Positions 29,302 through 39,977 of a stretch of DNA of 64,000 nucleotides are shown here, one piece after another. Below the pieces are notes generated by a model that was not told the origin of the DNA, searched no databases, and was given only the letters and a program-made list of their open reading frames with translations. Each line of letters starts with the position of its first letter. Positions within the stretch are counted from its first letter, which is position 1. Source of the DNA: Ostreococcus lucimarinus. Lineage: Eukaryota. The stretch lies in the NCBI GenBank assembly GCA_000092065.1, contig CP000585.1; one strand, 5' to 3'. The position numbers and the translations under genes were made by a program.

Positions 29302-31050
29302 ATGTCGACGGCGCGCGACGACGGCGGAGCGCGACGCGGCGCGATGGCGCCGACGCGCGGCGCGGTGACGGTGCAGTTCGGCGCGTACGCCAACGCGGTC
29401 GGCGCGCACTACTGGAACGCGCGCGACGACGACGACGCGCGCGACGACGACGACGACGGGACGCGCGCGCTGGATTGGCGCGTCGAGCGCGCCGAGCGCG
29501 CGTCGCGAGGCGCGATGGGGACGACGACGACGACGCGCGCGCCGAGAGTGGTGATGTTCGACGTCTCGGGAGGGATGAAGACGACGACGACGACGACGAG
29601 GACGAGGACGGGGACGACGGAGGACGGCGCGGCGACGGCGACGTGGAGCGGGAGACGCGCGACGTATCGAGCGCCGACGACGAGGAAGAGTGGGTACGTT
29701 TTGGCGCTCGAACGCGAAGCGAGGGCGAGGGCGAACGAGGCGCGGGTGCGAGCGATCGTGGACGGGAGAGATGATGATGATGACGACGAGGAGCGCGCGC
29801 GACGCGGAAAGCTCGGCGGCGTCGGTCGGGCGCTGGAGACGGGCGGGACGGGAGGCGAACGAACGACGTTGGAGGATCCAGAGGAGATCACGAGAGCGTT
29901 AATAGAGGCTGCGAGTAAGTTGGACGTCGAGGCGAAGCACTGGAGCGATTACCTGAAGGTGGAACTGCACGCGCGAAACGCGTTTACGCTCGCGGGAAAG
30001 CGGGCCGACGTCGACGCGTTCGAGGGGTTCGGCGAAGGTCTGGAGTGGATGGACAGCGAAGACCGACGAGAGGACGTTCGAGACGCGGTGCGATATTGGG
30101 CGGAAGATTGTGACACCCTCGGTGGGTTTCGCGTCCTGTGCGATGACTCGAGCGGGTTCGGCGGCGTGTGCGCTCGGGCGTTGGAAGACATTCGAGACGA
30201 CTACGATAACCGCGCCGTGTGTTTTTTTTCCGTTCGTCCACCGGCGAACAAAGAGCGTAAGAGAGTCGACATGCTCAACGCTGCGTTTGCGTCGACGAGA
30301 ATCGCGGATATGTGCGACTTGTACTGCCCGCTCGCCGCGTGCGACGACTACCCGACGATGCCCGGCTTGCGTCGAAACGAGTGGTTTCACGCATCCGCCG
30401 TCGTCGCGCTCGCCGTCGATGGCATCACGACGCCGTGGCGTCTGAGTCAGAATGCGAACGGCGCGGTAAGCATGGATGAGATGGTCCGATTCATGACCAA
30501 TCGAGCGCCCGGATCGCACGCCTCCGCGCGCGCGTCTGTGCCCGCGCCGAATGTTCGCGGCGCCGCCGACGCCGCGGCGCTCGTCGCGTCGGAGCGCTCG
30601 ATGACGCCGTCGGTGCGGCCGAGCGACGCCGAAGATGAGACAGACGACGAACCATTCGCAGAATATTTCATCTCGAGAGGTCTCGCTCGCGGCGACGCCG
30701 CCATCGCGAACGTCGTCCTCGACGCCGCGTCCTCGCTCGCGCTCTATCGCTGTCCTCGCCGTCGATGCGTCGTCGACGCCCACATCCCCATCCCTCTACC
30801 TTTCCCCAAGCTCTTCCGTCCCCCCGCGCCGATCTCATTGGACGCCACGTTCCGTCTCACCACCAGCGCCGCCACCGCTCGCGTCTTAGACGCCACCGCT
30901 CGCGATTACCTTCGCGCCTCCGCCTCCGCCGCCGGCAAAGCCATCTTGCGCGCGTGGTCGCTCGACGACGCGTGCGAGAGCGCCGAGCTCTTGGAATCGT
31001 TGAGATCCAAAGCCAGGGCCTACGCCGGCGACGACGGCGATTTCGCGTGA
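29302..31050 (+). CDS. MSTO1: Misato/DML1-family (tubulin/FtsZ-like) protein
   Basis: The N-terminus AVTVQFGAYANAVGAHYWNA matches the DML1/misato signature (IITLQFGQRSNYLGTHFWN). Downstream CDDSSGFGGVCARALEDIRDDY (misato segment) and a tubulin-like C-terminal region are present. Alternative start at Met 29344. Confidence 0.65.
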   Translation: MSTARDDGGARRGAMAPTRGAVTVQFGAYANAVGAHYWNARDDDDARDDDDDGTRALDWRVERAERASRGAMGTTTTTRAPRVVMFDVSGGMKTTTTTTRTRTGTTEDGAATATWSGRRATYRAPTTRKSGYVLALEREARARANEARVRAIVDGRDDDDDDEERARRGKLGGVGRALETGGTGGERTTLEDPEEITRALIEAASKLDVEAKHWSDYLKVELHARNAFTLAGKRADVDAFEGFGEGLEWMDSEDRREDVRDAVRYWAEDCDTLGGFRVLCDDSSGFGGVCARALEDIRDDYDNRAVCFFSVRPPANKERKRVDMLNAAFASTRIADMCDLYCPLAACDDYPTMPGLRRNEWFHASAVVALAVDGITTPWRLSQNANGAVSMDEMVRFMTNRAPGSHASARASVPAPNVRGAADAAALVASERSMTPSVRPSDAEDETDDEPFAEYFISRGLARGDAAIANVVLDAASSLALYRCPRRRCVVDAHIPIPLPFPKLFRPPAPISLDATFRLTTSAATARVLDATARDYLRASASAAGKAILRAWSLDDACESAELLESLRSKARAYAGDDGDFA

Positions 31051-31264
31051 CCCTCACTCTCGGCGCGACGCTCGCTCTTCGCGCTTCGAGTCGAGTCTTC
31101 GCGCGACGCGGCGACCCGAACCGACTCGACCCTCTCGCGCGAGCCTCAAAGACCTAGGGCGAATGGGGGTGTGAATGTGATGAATGAAATCTAATGTGAC
31201 AAAGACTACGCGTCGGCGCGCGACGCGCCTCGCGAAGCGCGAAACCTTGGGCGCCATTTTCGCT

Positions 31265-31630
31265 CTACTTCTTCTCCTTGTTCCACCCCCTGACCGCCCC
31301 CGCGGGCGCTAAAACCTTCCGACCCTTCGCCCGGCGGTTCTTGAGCACCTTGCGCCCCGACGCGCTCGCGATGCGCGTGCGAAACCCGCTCGTGCGCGCG
31401 CGTTTACGTCGCGTCCCGCCGAGCGTGCACCCGATAGATTTCCCCCCAGCGGTCACGACCAACGCCCCGCGCTGCGCGCGCATCGGCGCCGTCGCGCGCG
31501 GCGCGAACGCGACGACCGAGGCGACGGATTTCTTCGCCGCGAGGCGCGCCGCGGACGGGGCCTTGACGCTCGACGTCGACGTCGTTCGCGGAAGCGCGAG
31601 CGCGAGCGCGGACATGGTGAACGCGGGCAT
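31265..31630 (-). CDS. RPL34: Plastid 50S ribosomal protein L34 (bL34c) precursor
   Basis: The C-terminal [39 protein letters not shown] matches bacterial L34 ([41 protein letters not shown]). An N-terminal transit peptide precedes it ([34 protein letters not shown]). Confidence 0.75.
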   Translation of the reverse strand: MPAFTMSALALALPRTTSTSSVKAPSAARLAAKKSVASVVAFAPRATAPMRAQRGALVVTAGGKSIGCTLGGTRRKRARTSGFRTRIASASGRKVLKNRRAKGRKVLAPAGAVRGWNKEKK

Positions 31631-32028
31631 GACGTTCGTTCGTTCTCTGACGACTCGACGAGCGTGCGCGCGCGTGTGACGACGCCGCGCGCCGACGCGC
31701 GCGCCGACGCCCCTCGCGCCGCGAGGGTTTCGCGTCGGCGTCGGCGTGGGGGACGTCATCTGTTCACACATGGGAATTACGTGCATTACAATACGAGGAT
31801 TTAGTGCGACTCAAATAAAACCCGTCCGAGATCGCACGCGCGAACGACCGGGCGTCGAGTGACATACGACGCGCGCGCGGTCGGTCGGTCGGTCGCGATG
31901 GAGGATTCGATTCGCGCGCGACGACGATCGCGACGACGCCGCACACGTCGACGCGCATCGCACGTCACGCACGCACACCCAGCGCACGACACGCACCGTC
32001 TCGTTCGTCGCACGCATTTAACACAGCC

Positions 32029-32135
32029 ATGATCGCACAACGCGCGTCCACGACGCGAACGATCGCGACGCCGACGCGCGCGACCGAAGCGCGACGCGCG
32101 CGCGTCGTCGCGAACGCGGCGGACCGAAAGATGTG
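32029..32135 (+). CDS. Chlorophyll a/b-binding light-harvesting protein, exon 1 (transit peptide)
   Basis: MIAQRASTTRTIATPTRATEARRARVVANAADRKMW. The last codon is split (TG|G). A GTGCGT donor sits at 32136. Confidence 0.5.
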
Positions 32136-32417
32136 GTGCGTACGAACGGAAGCGCGGATGGGGGAATCGGAAGGAAGAATTACGTCGCGGGCGAACGCGC
32201 GAGCGTCGCGCGCGCGCGACGCGTCGCGCGACGCGTCGATGCGCGCGCGATGGCATCGGACGTATCCGAGATACGGGATATCTGATATGGCGCGCCGCGC
32301 GCGATCGGGCGACGACGGTTGGGAGGGCGAATCGGTCGCGCGACGCGCGAGTGACGCGCGGGTGGCGATGCGAATGATGATACTGACGGAATGATTCGAT
32401 GCTTACGCGCGATGTAG

Positions 32418-32970
32418 GTTGCCCGCACCGTACAAGGCGCCGGCGCACCTCGACGGCACCGTCGCCGGGGACTACGGCTTCGATCCTCTCGGCTTGGGCA
32501 GCGACCCGACGCGCCTCAAGTATTACCAAGAGGCGGAGCTCATGAACGCTCGATGGGCGATGATGGCTGTTGCGGGTATTGTCGGTACCGAAATCGCGGG
32601 CATCGAACCGCGATGGTGGGAAGCCGGCACCGAGGATTACGGATTCCCGCCGCAAGCGCTCCTCGCGGTGCAGCTTCCGGTGATGGGGTACCTCGAGAAC
32701 AAGCGCATTCAAGGTTGGTTGGCCACCGGTTCGAGCGGTGTGAACGAAACCTTCCCGTTCGACCCGATGGGCATGGGCTCTAAGGACGAGAAGATGAAGC
32801 TCAAGGAGATCAAGAACGGCCGCGCCGCCATGATCGCCTTCGTCGGCATCGTCGTGCAAGGCATCGTCTACCGCGAGGGCCCGGTCGCCGCGCTCAAGGA
32901 TCACGTCGCCAACCCGTTCGGTTGCAACATGGCGACGAACATCATGAACATCCCGGTGAACTTGGCGTAA
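32418..32970 (+). CDS. Chlorophyll a/b-binding light-harvesting protein, exon 2 (mature LHC)
   Basis: After a TAG acceptor at 32415-32417: (W)LPAPYKAPAHLDGTVAGDYGFDPLGLGSDPTRLKYYQEAELMNARWAMMAVAGIVGTEI (LHC helix 1). Helix 3 follows: KLKEIKNGRAAMIAFVGIVVQGIV. The 282-nt intron joins the two ORF-track pieces in phase 2. Confidence 0.8.
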
Positions 32971-33144
32971 ACTGAGCTACGACGTTTAACGGACGTACGA
33001 TTACGCCCGATGTGTACACCGATCAGTCAACAAACAACCACCCTTAGAAGCGCGTAGCGTCGTTGTGAGCACGAGAGACGTAAAAAGCGAATCCGCGCGA
33101 ATCCGCGCGTCACATCGCCGCGTTCGCCCGGTCTGCGTCGCGCG

Positions 33145-34701
33145 ATGCCGCCGAAGCGCGCGCACGACGCGCCCGCGTCGACGATCGACGTGCGCGTGCG
33201 ATTCCCCGGCGAACGCGACGCGACGCGCCTCGCCATCGACGCGCGCGCGCCGACGGTGCGCGCCGCGATCGAGGCGCTCACGAAGGCGCGTCGGGACGTG
33301 CGCGACGCGCTGTCGACGTCGTACGCCGGGTTTGAGATCGCGCTGAGCGCGCGAGGAACGAACGACGACGGCGCGACGCTGCGGGAAGACGCGCCGTGCG
33401 CGAAAGACGAAGAGTACGTCGCGCGGTTGACGCGAGCGTACGCGCTGCGAGCGACGACGCATCCGACGCGCAAGTACGTCGTGGGACGATTTAAGGGAGA
33501 ACGCACGCCGGTGTTCAGCGTGGGAGAGCGCGCGCCGGTGGAGTGGCAGATGCGACACGCGAAGAGCGATGCGAGTGGGAACGCGTTGGTGCTCACGGGA
33601 GGGAAAAAGGGGAACAAGGGCGCGTACACGGGGACGCGAGACGCGCAGAGCGCTTCGTACTTTGTGCTCATGTCGCACAGGGATGAAGCGACGGCGACGG
33701 TGCGAGAATTCGTGGCGATGCCGTGTGAGGACTGGTATACGTTCACGCATAACGTACAGCGGCGAGTGTTCACGCTGGAAGAGGCGGAGGCGAGGATGGA
33801 GGCGGGGAAACGCGCGGTGGGCGAGGCGTGGGGACGCATGGATCGAACGGTGGACGAACCGGGGTACTCGGACGACGAGAGCGACGGCGATAGAGGTGAG
33901 CAGAGGGACGAATCGAGCGATGAAGAGGACGCTTTTAAGGCAAAGAAAGGGAAGAAAAAGGCGATTCAAGGCGTCGGTCTCGATAGCGACGACGAAGACG
34001 ACACCGGGAAGAAATCGGGCAAGCCGGCGCGCAAAAGTCAGGACGAAGGAGGCGAGGATTGGGAGCACGACGAGGAGTGGGACGACGACGAGGATGACGT
34101 CGCGATTCCAGAGGACGAAGAGGCACCGAAAGACCCGACGAAGACGCACGCAGACAGCGATGCGGAGGACGAGGGATTAGATGAAGAAGGTTTAGCCGTG
34201 AAAAAGTTGCTCGGCAAGCAAGAAAAAATGCAAGCCGGTCAGTTTAGCGATTCCGACTCAGACTCCGAACTCGAGGAAGATTTTAACCCGGACAACGACG
34301 ATATCGCCGCCAAGGTCGTCGGCTCTTTCGTCGAAAGAAGCAAAAAATTGGAGGCTGAGGAAAAAGCCGAAGCGGCTGCGCAACCGATGGCGAAATCCGC
34401 GTCGGCGTCCTCCATCGGCGTCAAGCGGAGCGCGAGCGACGTCGACACCGCCGCGCCACTGGCCAAGACAGCACGCGTCGCGCCACCGACGGCACCGAAA
34501 CAATCTCCGATCCAGGCTGTGATCATCGACGTCGTGCGCAAAAATCCCGACAGCACCACCGTCAAGCTCATCACGAAGACGTGTCGCAAGAAAGGCTTGT
34601 TGAACAGCACCGCCGGTGCCGAGGAGCTCAAGGAAGCGATCAAAAACTTGCTCGTCATGAAGAAACTTCGCGATGGCTCTCAAGTCTTAGTGTTGAAATA
34701 A
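33145..34701 (+). CDS. Transcription initiation factor IIF alpha subunit (RAP74/Tfg1)
   Basis: The N-terminal region FKGERTPVFSV...SASYFVLMSHRDEATATVREFVAMPCEDWYTFTHNVQRRVFTLEEAEARME aligns by eye with human RAP74 (KFKGIKKGG..TSYYIFTQCPDGAFEAFPVHNWYNFTP..RTLTAEEAEEEWER). A long acidic/Ser-rich middle separates it from the C-terminal winged helix VIIDVVRKNPDSTTVKLITKTCRKKGLL...LVMKK. Confidence 0.7.
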   Translation: MPPKRAHDAPASTIDVRVRFPGERDATRLAIDARAPTVRAAIEALTKARRDVRDALSTSYAGFEIALSARGTNDDGATLREDAPCAKDEEYVARLTRAYALRATTHPTRKYVVGRFKGERTPVFSVGERAPVEWQMRHAKSDASGNALVLTGGKKGNKGAYTGTRDAQSASYFVLMSHRDEATATVREFVAMPCEDWYTFTHNVQRRVFTLEEAEARMEAGKRAVGEAWGRMDRTVDEPGYSDDESDGDRGEQRDESSDEEDAFKAKKGKKKAIQGVGLDSDDEDDTGKKSGKPARKSQDEGGEDWEHDEEWDDDEDDVAIPEDEEAPKDPTKTHADSDAEDEGLDEEGLAVKKLLGKQEKMQAGQFSDSDSDSELEEDFNPDNDDIAAKVVGSFVERSKKLEAEEKAEAAAQPMAKSASASSIGVKRSASDVDTAAPLAKTARVAPPTAPKQSPIQAVIIDVVRKNPDSTTVKLITKTCRKKGLLNSTAGAEELKEAIKNLLVMKKLRDGSQVLVLK

Positions 34702-34712
34702 CGAACGGTAAT

Positions 34713-35282
34713 ATGCTTCTCCGACTCGTTCCTCGCGTCGGTGCCGCACTCTGCGCCGCGAGCCGTCGCGGCGTCATGAATTCTCCCTGGTCCGACGTCG
34801 TGCGATCGATCTCGGCCTCGTGGACCTCCATAGCGGTCACCATCGCATGTATATACGTCTTGCGCCTCTTCTTAATCCCCAAGCGCGGCGCGGTGACGCG
34901 CGGCGACGACGAAGACGAGGACGAGGACGATGAGACTTTTCCCGAGCCCATGCCAAAGGGCGACTTGACGACGGCTGCGTTGCGCGCGTACGACGGGAGC
35001 GACCCCGCGAAGCCAATACTGCTCGCCGCGAAAGGCATCGTGTTCGACGTCACGCGTGGGAGGGACTTTTACGGAAAAGGTGGACCGTACAACGCGTTCA
35101 CTGGGATCGACTGCTCGCGAGCGCTGGGCAAGGTGAGCCTGGAGAAGGAAAATTTATGCGCCGACGTGGGGGATTTCGCGGCGAGCGAGCGAGATGCGCT
35201 GAATCAGTGGGTGGGGAAATTTGAGGATAAGTATCCAGTCGTCGGAAAGCTGACGGATGGGAAGTACAACGGGAAGTTTTAG
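34713..35282 (+). CDS. Membrane-associated progesterone receptor component-like (cytochrome b5-like heme/steroid-binding, MAPR family)
   Basis: An N-terminal transmembrane helix ISASWTSIAVTIACIYVLRLFL. The cyt-b5-like domain reads LTTAALRAYDGSDPAKPILLAAKGIVFDVTRGRDFYGKGGPYNAFTGIDCSRAL. The start is only 11 bp after the TFIIF-alpha stop, so a later Met (MNSPWSD) is possible. Confidence 0.65.
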   Translation: MLLRLVPRVGAALCAASRRGVMNSPWSDVVRSISASWTSIAVTIACIYVLRLFLIPKRGAVTRGDDEDEDEDDETFPEPMPKGDLTTAALRAYDGSDPAKPILLAAKGIVFDVTRGRDFYGKGGPYNAFTGIDCSRALGKVSLEKENLCADVGDFAASERDALNQWVGKFEDKYPVVGKLTDGKYNGKF

Positions 35283-35350
35283 GAGATTTAACGTGACGAC
35301 TTCGCCTCTGTAGCCGGCGACGACTTTGTAGTTACATCAGCATCTAGTTT

Positions 35351-37093
35351 TTAAAATCTACGCGCGCGACCGCCTTTGAATCCTCTATCGTAAGCCGAGC
35401 TAATGCCTCCCACAGACCCTCGCGCATCACGCGATTGCAGAAACCATCCCGGAAGTTCGTTCTGCGTTTCCTCAAACACGAGCTTTAAATTTTCGTAAAT
35501 GGGTCCATTGCCTATGTCCTCGGCGAAACCGGGGATGTAGAAAGAAGTGGCGATGCCTTTGCGCCCTGCGCGACCGGTTCGACCGATACGGTGAATGTAA
35601 TCGTCGAATTCACTCTTCTTCGTCGGCATGTCGAAATTTATGACGTGGTTGACATCCGGCATGTCCAAGCCTCTGGCCGCGACGTCGGTGGCGACTAGTA
35701 TTTTCGCGGCGCCGGTTGCGAACGCATCCAACGCGCGAAGTCTCGCACCTTGCGTGAGCGACCCGTGCAGCTCTTCGACCGCGAGCGAGGGAGTGACTTC
35801 GACGATTTGTTGCCGCAACCACTCGGCGGTGCCTTTTTGCTTGCAGAAAATCAACGTCAAACCGACATCTTCGCCGTCGTTCTCGCGCTTTGCCTCGACG
35901 GCTTCTAATACGCGCAGTAAATATGGCAACTTTTGTTCCCTCAAATGTGGAGTCTCGATGAGAACCTGCTTAATGTTTGCGACGGTCGATCCGACGCGGC
36001 CGCAGATGACCCGCGCAGCGTGGGGAGGCGCGCGCATGTAATAACTCGCGAGCCGCAAAACTTGCGGCGGAAACGTCGCGGAGAACATTAGAGTCTGACG
36101 CTCGTTCTTGGCCGGAATGCCGTAGTCCCCGAGAAGTTCGTTGAGCTGTGGCTCGAAACCCATGTCGAGCATGCGATCGGCTTCGTCCATCACGAGTGTC
36201 TGGACGCCCGACAAATCCACGTAGCGCGCGTCTTCTCGCACCATGGACAACAATCTTCCCGGCGTGGCGACGATAATCTCCGGCGCAAACGCCAGTTCCT
36301 CCAGCTGTGGTTTAATAGACGATCCCCCGTACGCGCACGCGCACCACAGAGGCGTCCCGAAGATAAACTTTCGAGTCTCCATATGAATTTGCAGCGCCAG
36401 CTCCCTCGTCGGCGCCAAGACGAGGACCTTCGGTCTCGCCGGCACCCCAAACTCTCCATCGACAACCTCTGCCTCCGTCGGCGCCTCCGCGCTCTCTCTG
36501 ACCAATCTCGAGATGAGCGGAAGCATGAAAGCCGCCGTCTTCCCGCTCCCCGTCGGCGCGTTACACAGCACGTCTACTCCTCGCGGTCCCGCGAGCGGCA
36601 TCGCGTATCGCTGCACGACGGTCAGCTTCCGCATCCCCATCCGCCGTAAATTCTCCACCACCATCCCCGGCACCCCTAATGTCGTCTCCAACGCCTCCAC
36701 ATCGCCATCGATCCCGGCGTATCCTTCCTCGACGCCGAGCGCGCGCGCGCCGACGTCTTCGTACGCCGACGCGTCCCCGTCCCGCTCGTCCCGTCGTTCG
36801 AACAGCGTCTCCACCGCGTCCACAGCGCACCGTCCGTGCGAGCGCGCACCACCCACGCCGCTTCGCGCCGCCTCGCACTCCGCGATCCAGTGCGCGCGCT
36901 CGTCCGCCGCGCGCGCCGCGAGTTTCTCCAGTTGCGCGCTCGTCAACGGTTTCGCCTCGCGCGGCCGTCGCTCGACGTACGACGCCCGTCCGCGCCCGCG
37001 TCCGCCGCGTCCGCGTCCGCGACCGCCTCGGCCGCCTCGTCCGCGCCCGCGATCGGCCGCGCGCGCGACGACGCGCGCGCGCGCCGTCGCCAT
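35351..37093 (-). CDS. DEAD-box ATP-dependent RNA helicase, DDX3/Ded1-like, with N-terminal RGG repeats
   Basis: Motifs APTGSGKTAAF (I), VLVLAPTRELALQI (Ia), DEAD (II), SAT, HRIGRTGRAGRKGIATSFY (VI). The N-terminus is MATARARVVARAADRGRGRGGRGGRGRGRGGRGRGR. Start set at the Met at 37093; the ORF track extends further upstream through Arg-rich sequence. Confidence 0.8.
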   Translation of the reverse strand: MATARARVVARAADRGRGRGGRGGRGRGRGGRGRGRASYVERRPREAKPLTSAQLEKLAARAADERAHWIAECEAARSGVGGARSHGRCAVDAVETLFERRDERDGDASAYEDVGARALGVEEGYAGIDGDVEALETTLGVPGMVVENLRRMGMRKLTVVQRYAMPLAGPRGVDVLCNAPTGSGKTAAFMLPLISRLVRESAEAPTEAEVVDGEFGVPARPKVLVLAPTRELALQIHMETRKFIFGTPLWCACAYGGSSIKPQLEELAFAPEIIVATPGRLLSMVREDARYVDLSGVQTLVMDEADRMLDMGFEPQLNELLGDYGIPAKNERQTLMFSATFPPQVLRLASYYMRAPPHAARVICGRVGSTVANIKQVLIETPHLREQKLPYLLRVLEAVEAKRENDGEDVGLTLIFCKQKGTAEWLRQQIVEVTPSLAVEELHGSLTQGARLRALDAFATGAAKILVATDVAARGLDMPDVNHVINFDMPTKKSEFDDYIHRIGRTGRAGRKGIATSFYIPGFAEDIGNGPIYENLKLVFEETQNELPGWFLQSRDARGSVGGISSAYDRGFKGGRARRF

Positions 37094-37186
37094 CGACGGC
37101 GTCGCGAAGTGCTGCCGAAACGTGACGACGTCGTCACGTCGCGTCGCGCCGCCGCGCGGGGGCGATCGCGCCGCCTCGCGACGGCG

Positions 37187-38074
37187 ATGGCGATGCCGGC
37201 GCGCTCGAGCGCGTCGGCGTCGGCGCCGCGCGCGGTCGACGTCCGCGCGAGGCGTCGACGAACGCGGGACGGTGGACGGCGGGCGACGGTGAGACCGACG
37301 GCGACGCGCGACGGCGACGCGCGGGCGCGCGCGCGGGACGAAAACGAGGCGTCGACGTCGATGGGAAGCGTGTGCCTCGTCGGGGCGGGGCCGGGAGGCG
37401 TGGACGCGCTGACGATGGGCGCGGCGAGGGCGCTCGCGAACGCGGACGTCGTCGTCTACGACGATTTGGGTGGGTCTTCCGAGGACGTGCTGGCGCTCGC
37501 GACGAAGGCGAACGCGGAGTTCGTGAGCGTAGGGAAGAGGGGTGGGTCGGCGAAGTCTTGGACGCAGAGCGATATATGCGAGTTGTTGGTGGAGCTCGCG
37601 CGAAGCGGTAAGCGCGTGGCGCGACTGAAAGGTGGGTGTCCGAGCGTGTTTGCGCGCGTCAGCGACGAGATCGCGGCGCTGCGAAAGCATGGAGTGCACA
37701 CGACTATGATTCCTGGAATATCGTCGGCGTTGAGCGCGCCGCTGAGCGTGGGGATTCCGTTGACGGATCGAGAGTTGGGACGGCACTTTTCCGTGACGAG
37801 CGCGCACGATCCAAATTCGATCGATTTTGCCGCGTTCGCTGGAATCGACACGTGCGTATTTCTGATGGTTGGGAGGACACTTCCAATAGTCGTCGAATCG
37901 CTCACGCGGGAAGGGAATAAGTCACCGACGACGCCGTGCTGCGTGATTCGAAACGGGATGCAACCGGACGAGCGTTCGTGGTTCGGCTCGTTGCGGGATA
38001 TCGTCGAGAAAACGTCCGGTGAGTCTCTATCTCCGTGCATTTTAGTCGTCGGAAACGTCGTCACGCTGGCTTGA
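37187..38074 (+). CDS. UPM1: Uroporphyrinogen-III C-methyltransferase (SUMT/UPM1, siroheme branch) with transit peptide
   Basis: The tetrapyrrole methylase N-terminus VCLVGAGPGGVDALTMGAARALANADVVVYDDL is followed by VSVGKRGG...RLKGGCPSVFARVSDEIAALRKHGVHTTMIPGISSAL. A 58-aa Arg/Ala/Ser-rich presequence precedes it, from MAMPARSSASASAPRAVDV. Confidence 0.8.
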   Translation: MAMPARSSASASAPRAVDVRARRRRTRDGGRRATVRPTATRDGDARARARDENEASTSMGSVCLVGAGPGGVDALTMGAARALANADVVVYDDLGGSSEDVLALATKANAEFVSVGKRGGSAKSWTQSDICELLVELARSGKRVARLKGGCPSVFARVSDEIAALRKHGVHTTMIPGISSALSAPLSVGIPLTDRELGRHFSVTSAHDPNSIDFAAFAGIDTCVFLMVGRTLPIVVESLTREGNKSPTTPCCVIRNGMQPDERSWFGSLRDIVEKTSGESLSPCILVVGNVVTLA

Positions 38075-38204
38075 ATTAGTCAAGCAGTCACGCTCGTGAC
38101 CATACGCGAGTATAGTAGGCAGCTTGTTGTCAGTCAATGAAGTACGGAAATAGATAGTTTGCCGACAGAAACAGAAACACTCCCCACTTATCGCCGCACT
38201 CTCG

Positions 38205-39920
38205 ATGCAAAGCGCGAGAACGAAACAGCTGCTCATTCTCGGGCATCGAAAAAATCGTACGAACGACTTGCTTCGTGAGCTCAGCGCGCGACGCGAATGT
38301 GACCCACAACTTTTGCTACGGCGAGAGAACTTGTCTGGAGAGCGTGACTCGAGCGGTGGGAGACGATGGAAGAGGACGCGTGAGCGATTGAAATCGGTAA
38401 CCGCCAAAGTCGATACTGGGCTACACCGTAAAAGGTTCACTCCGAGCGCGCCACGAGAGGCATTGTTGCCTCGAGTGGTTGTTGAACCAGCAGCACCCGC
38501 GTCTCCGGAGCACTCGTTCGAAGGCGCTCGCGGCGAGACTGAGTCATCGACCTCGACGAGTGATAACGGTGATATCAGCGCCTTTGCAGACGATGGTGAC
38601 GATCTAGAGCTTCCACCCCGTACTCGCGTGCGGATTAAGTGCGCTCGAGACGCCCGAGAGGCTTTGGAGGTTTTACGCTCGCGACCGCTCAGTCCGAGGT
38701 CCGTCGAAAAGTTTCGCGGCGCGCTAGAATTAATGCGAGCACAGCGCGCGCTGATTGAGGCTGAGTTGTTGAGAGCGAACGCGTCGAATCGCCTCGACGA
38801 GAGCGCAAATGGTGCAGGCATCGATGACGAAGGATCTGAGTCTGAGGTTGACGCCGTTGAAGATTACGATCCGACGGAGCAAATATCCGAAGAATTTGGC
38901 TCCGTCTTCGGCGCGGTGGCGCACGAGTCCAGAGACCTCCTCAAACGAGAGGCCGGAGGAACTAACATGAAAGAAGTCGAGAAACACTTACTTGAACACT
39001 ATCCAGCAATACGGAATATATTCAAGTACTACTCGAGCATGACGAAGCCTTTCGATGAGAACATCACCGCCGCCGAGTTGGGGAGCATGACGCTATCGGA
39101 TTGGATGACGTTTGTGAAGGACTGTAAACTCATCGGACCGCATCCCAGGCATCAGCTCGTGAAATCGAGCGCGGAGTTATTGTTCATAAGACTCAACTGG
39201 GTCACCGACGATCGCGGCAGAAAGGTGAAGAACCGAGATTTGTCCAACAGCGACCGGACGTTGATCATGCCCGAGTTCATTTGCGGCATACTGCGTTTGG
39301 CGAAGCAATGCGGCGTGCGGATGGATAATTTCGGGCTCACAGCGAGCCGTTTCATCAAAGATATCGTCTATCCACGCGCACACTCGGTGGACGTCGAAGA
39401 GTTCCGCACGCGAATGCGATTTCGCTCGGCAAGAGCCGCGCTCGACGCGTTTCAAGCCGACATCCGATCCGTCTTCGTGCGATACGCCGCCGCGGAGGCG
39501 AAATCCGCCATCGGTGGCGGTCTGGAGACCATGGATCTCAAAGAGCTCATGCAACTATGCCGCAACATCGACATCGTCACTTTCAACGACGCCGATCATC
39601 ACCTTCTCTCGCCGCTCGCCGTGCAGCACGCCTTCGCGCTCAGCCAGCTGCAAGTCGTCGGCGACGACGCCGGCGAGATCGACGCCGACGAGTTCATCGA
39701 GCTCATCGCTCGTCTCGCCGAAAACTTCTTCGACGTCTACTTCACCGCCATCGCTAACGCTCAATCCGCGCGCCTTCACCGCGTCTCCCATCCGGGCGAA
39801 AACGTCCTCGCCCTCGCGCCCGCCCCGCGCGTCGACGACGTCGCCCTCGCGCCCAAGCTCCGCTGGTTCCTCCCGCGCCTCGCCGCGGCGTCGTCGTCTC
39901 GTTCGGTACCTGTCCATTGA
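38205..39920 (+). CDS. Hypothetical protein with two tandem ~70-aa helical modules sharing an EFI..I.RLA signature
   Basis: 571-aa ORF with good GC3 bias. Module A is MTLSDWMTFVKDCKLIG...LIMPEFICGILRLAKQCG. Module B is MDLKELMQLCRNIDIVTF...IDADEFIELIARLAENFF. I do not recognise the family. Confidence 0.45.
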   Translation: MQSARTKQLLILGHRKNRTNDLLRELSARRECDPQLLLRRENLSGERDSSGGRRWKRTRERLKSVTAKVDTGLHRKRFTPSAPREALLPRVVVEPAAPASPEHSFEGARGETESSTSTSDNGDISAFADDGDDLELPPRTRVRIKCARDAREALEVLRSRPLSPRSVEKFRGALELMRAQRALIEAELLRANASNRLDESANGAGIDDEGSESEVDAVEDYDPTEQISEEFGSVFGAVAHESRDLLKREAGGTNMKEVEKHLLEHYPAIRNIFKYYSSMTKPFDENITAAELGSMTLSDWMTFVKDCKLIGPHPRHQLVKSSAELLFIRLNWVTDDRGRKVKNRDLSNSDRTLIMPEFICGILRLAKQCGVRMDNFGLTASRFIKDIVYPRAHSVDVEEFRTRMRFRSARAALDAFQADIRSVFVRYAAAEAKSAIGGGLETMDLKELMQLCRNIDIVTFNDADHHLLSPLAVQHAFALSQLQVVGDDAGEIDADEFIELIARLAENFFDVYFTAIANAQSARLHRVSHPGENVLALAPAPRVDDVALAPKLRWFLPRLAAASSSRSVPVH

Positions 39921-39977
39921 TGGACACTCATTCAGGTTCTTTACGCATTATTTACGCTCGATCGCGATAAACCGATC

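Noticed and set aside
34581-35282. Possibility that TFIIF-alpha and the MAPR/cyt-b5 ORF form one gene, since only 11 bp separate the stop and the ATG.
   Set aside because: The TFIIF-alpha winged-helix domain ends the protein as in all homologues. The MAPR protein starts with its own TM anchor. Different frame, with an intervening stop; treated as two tightly packed genes.
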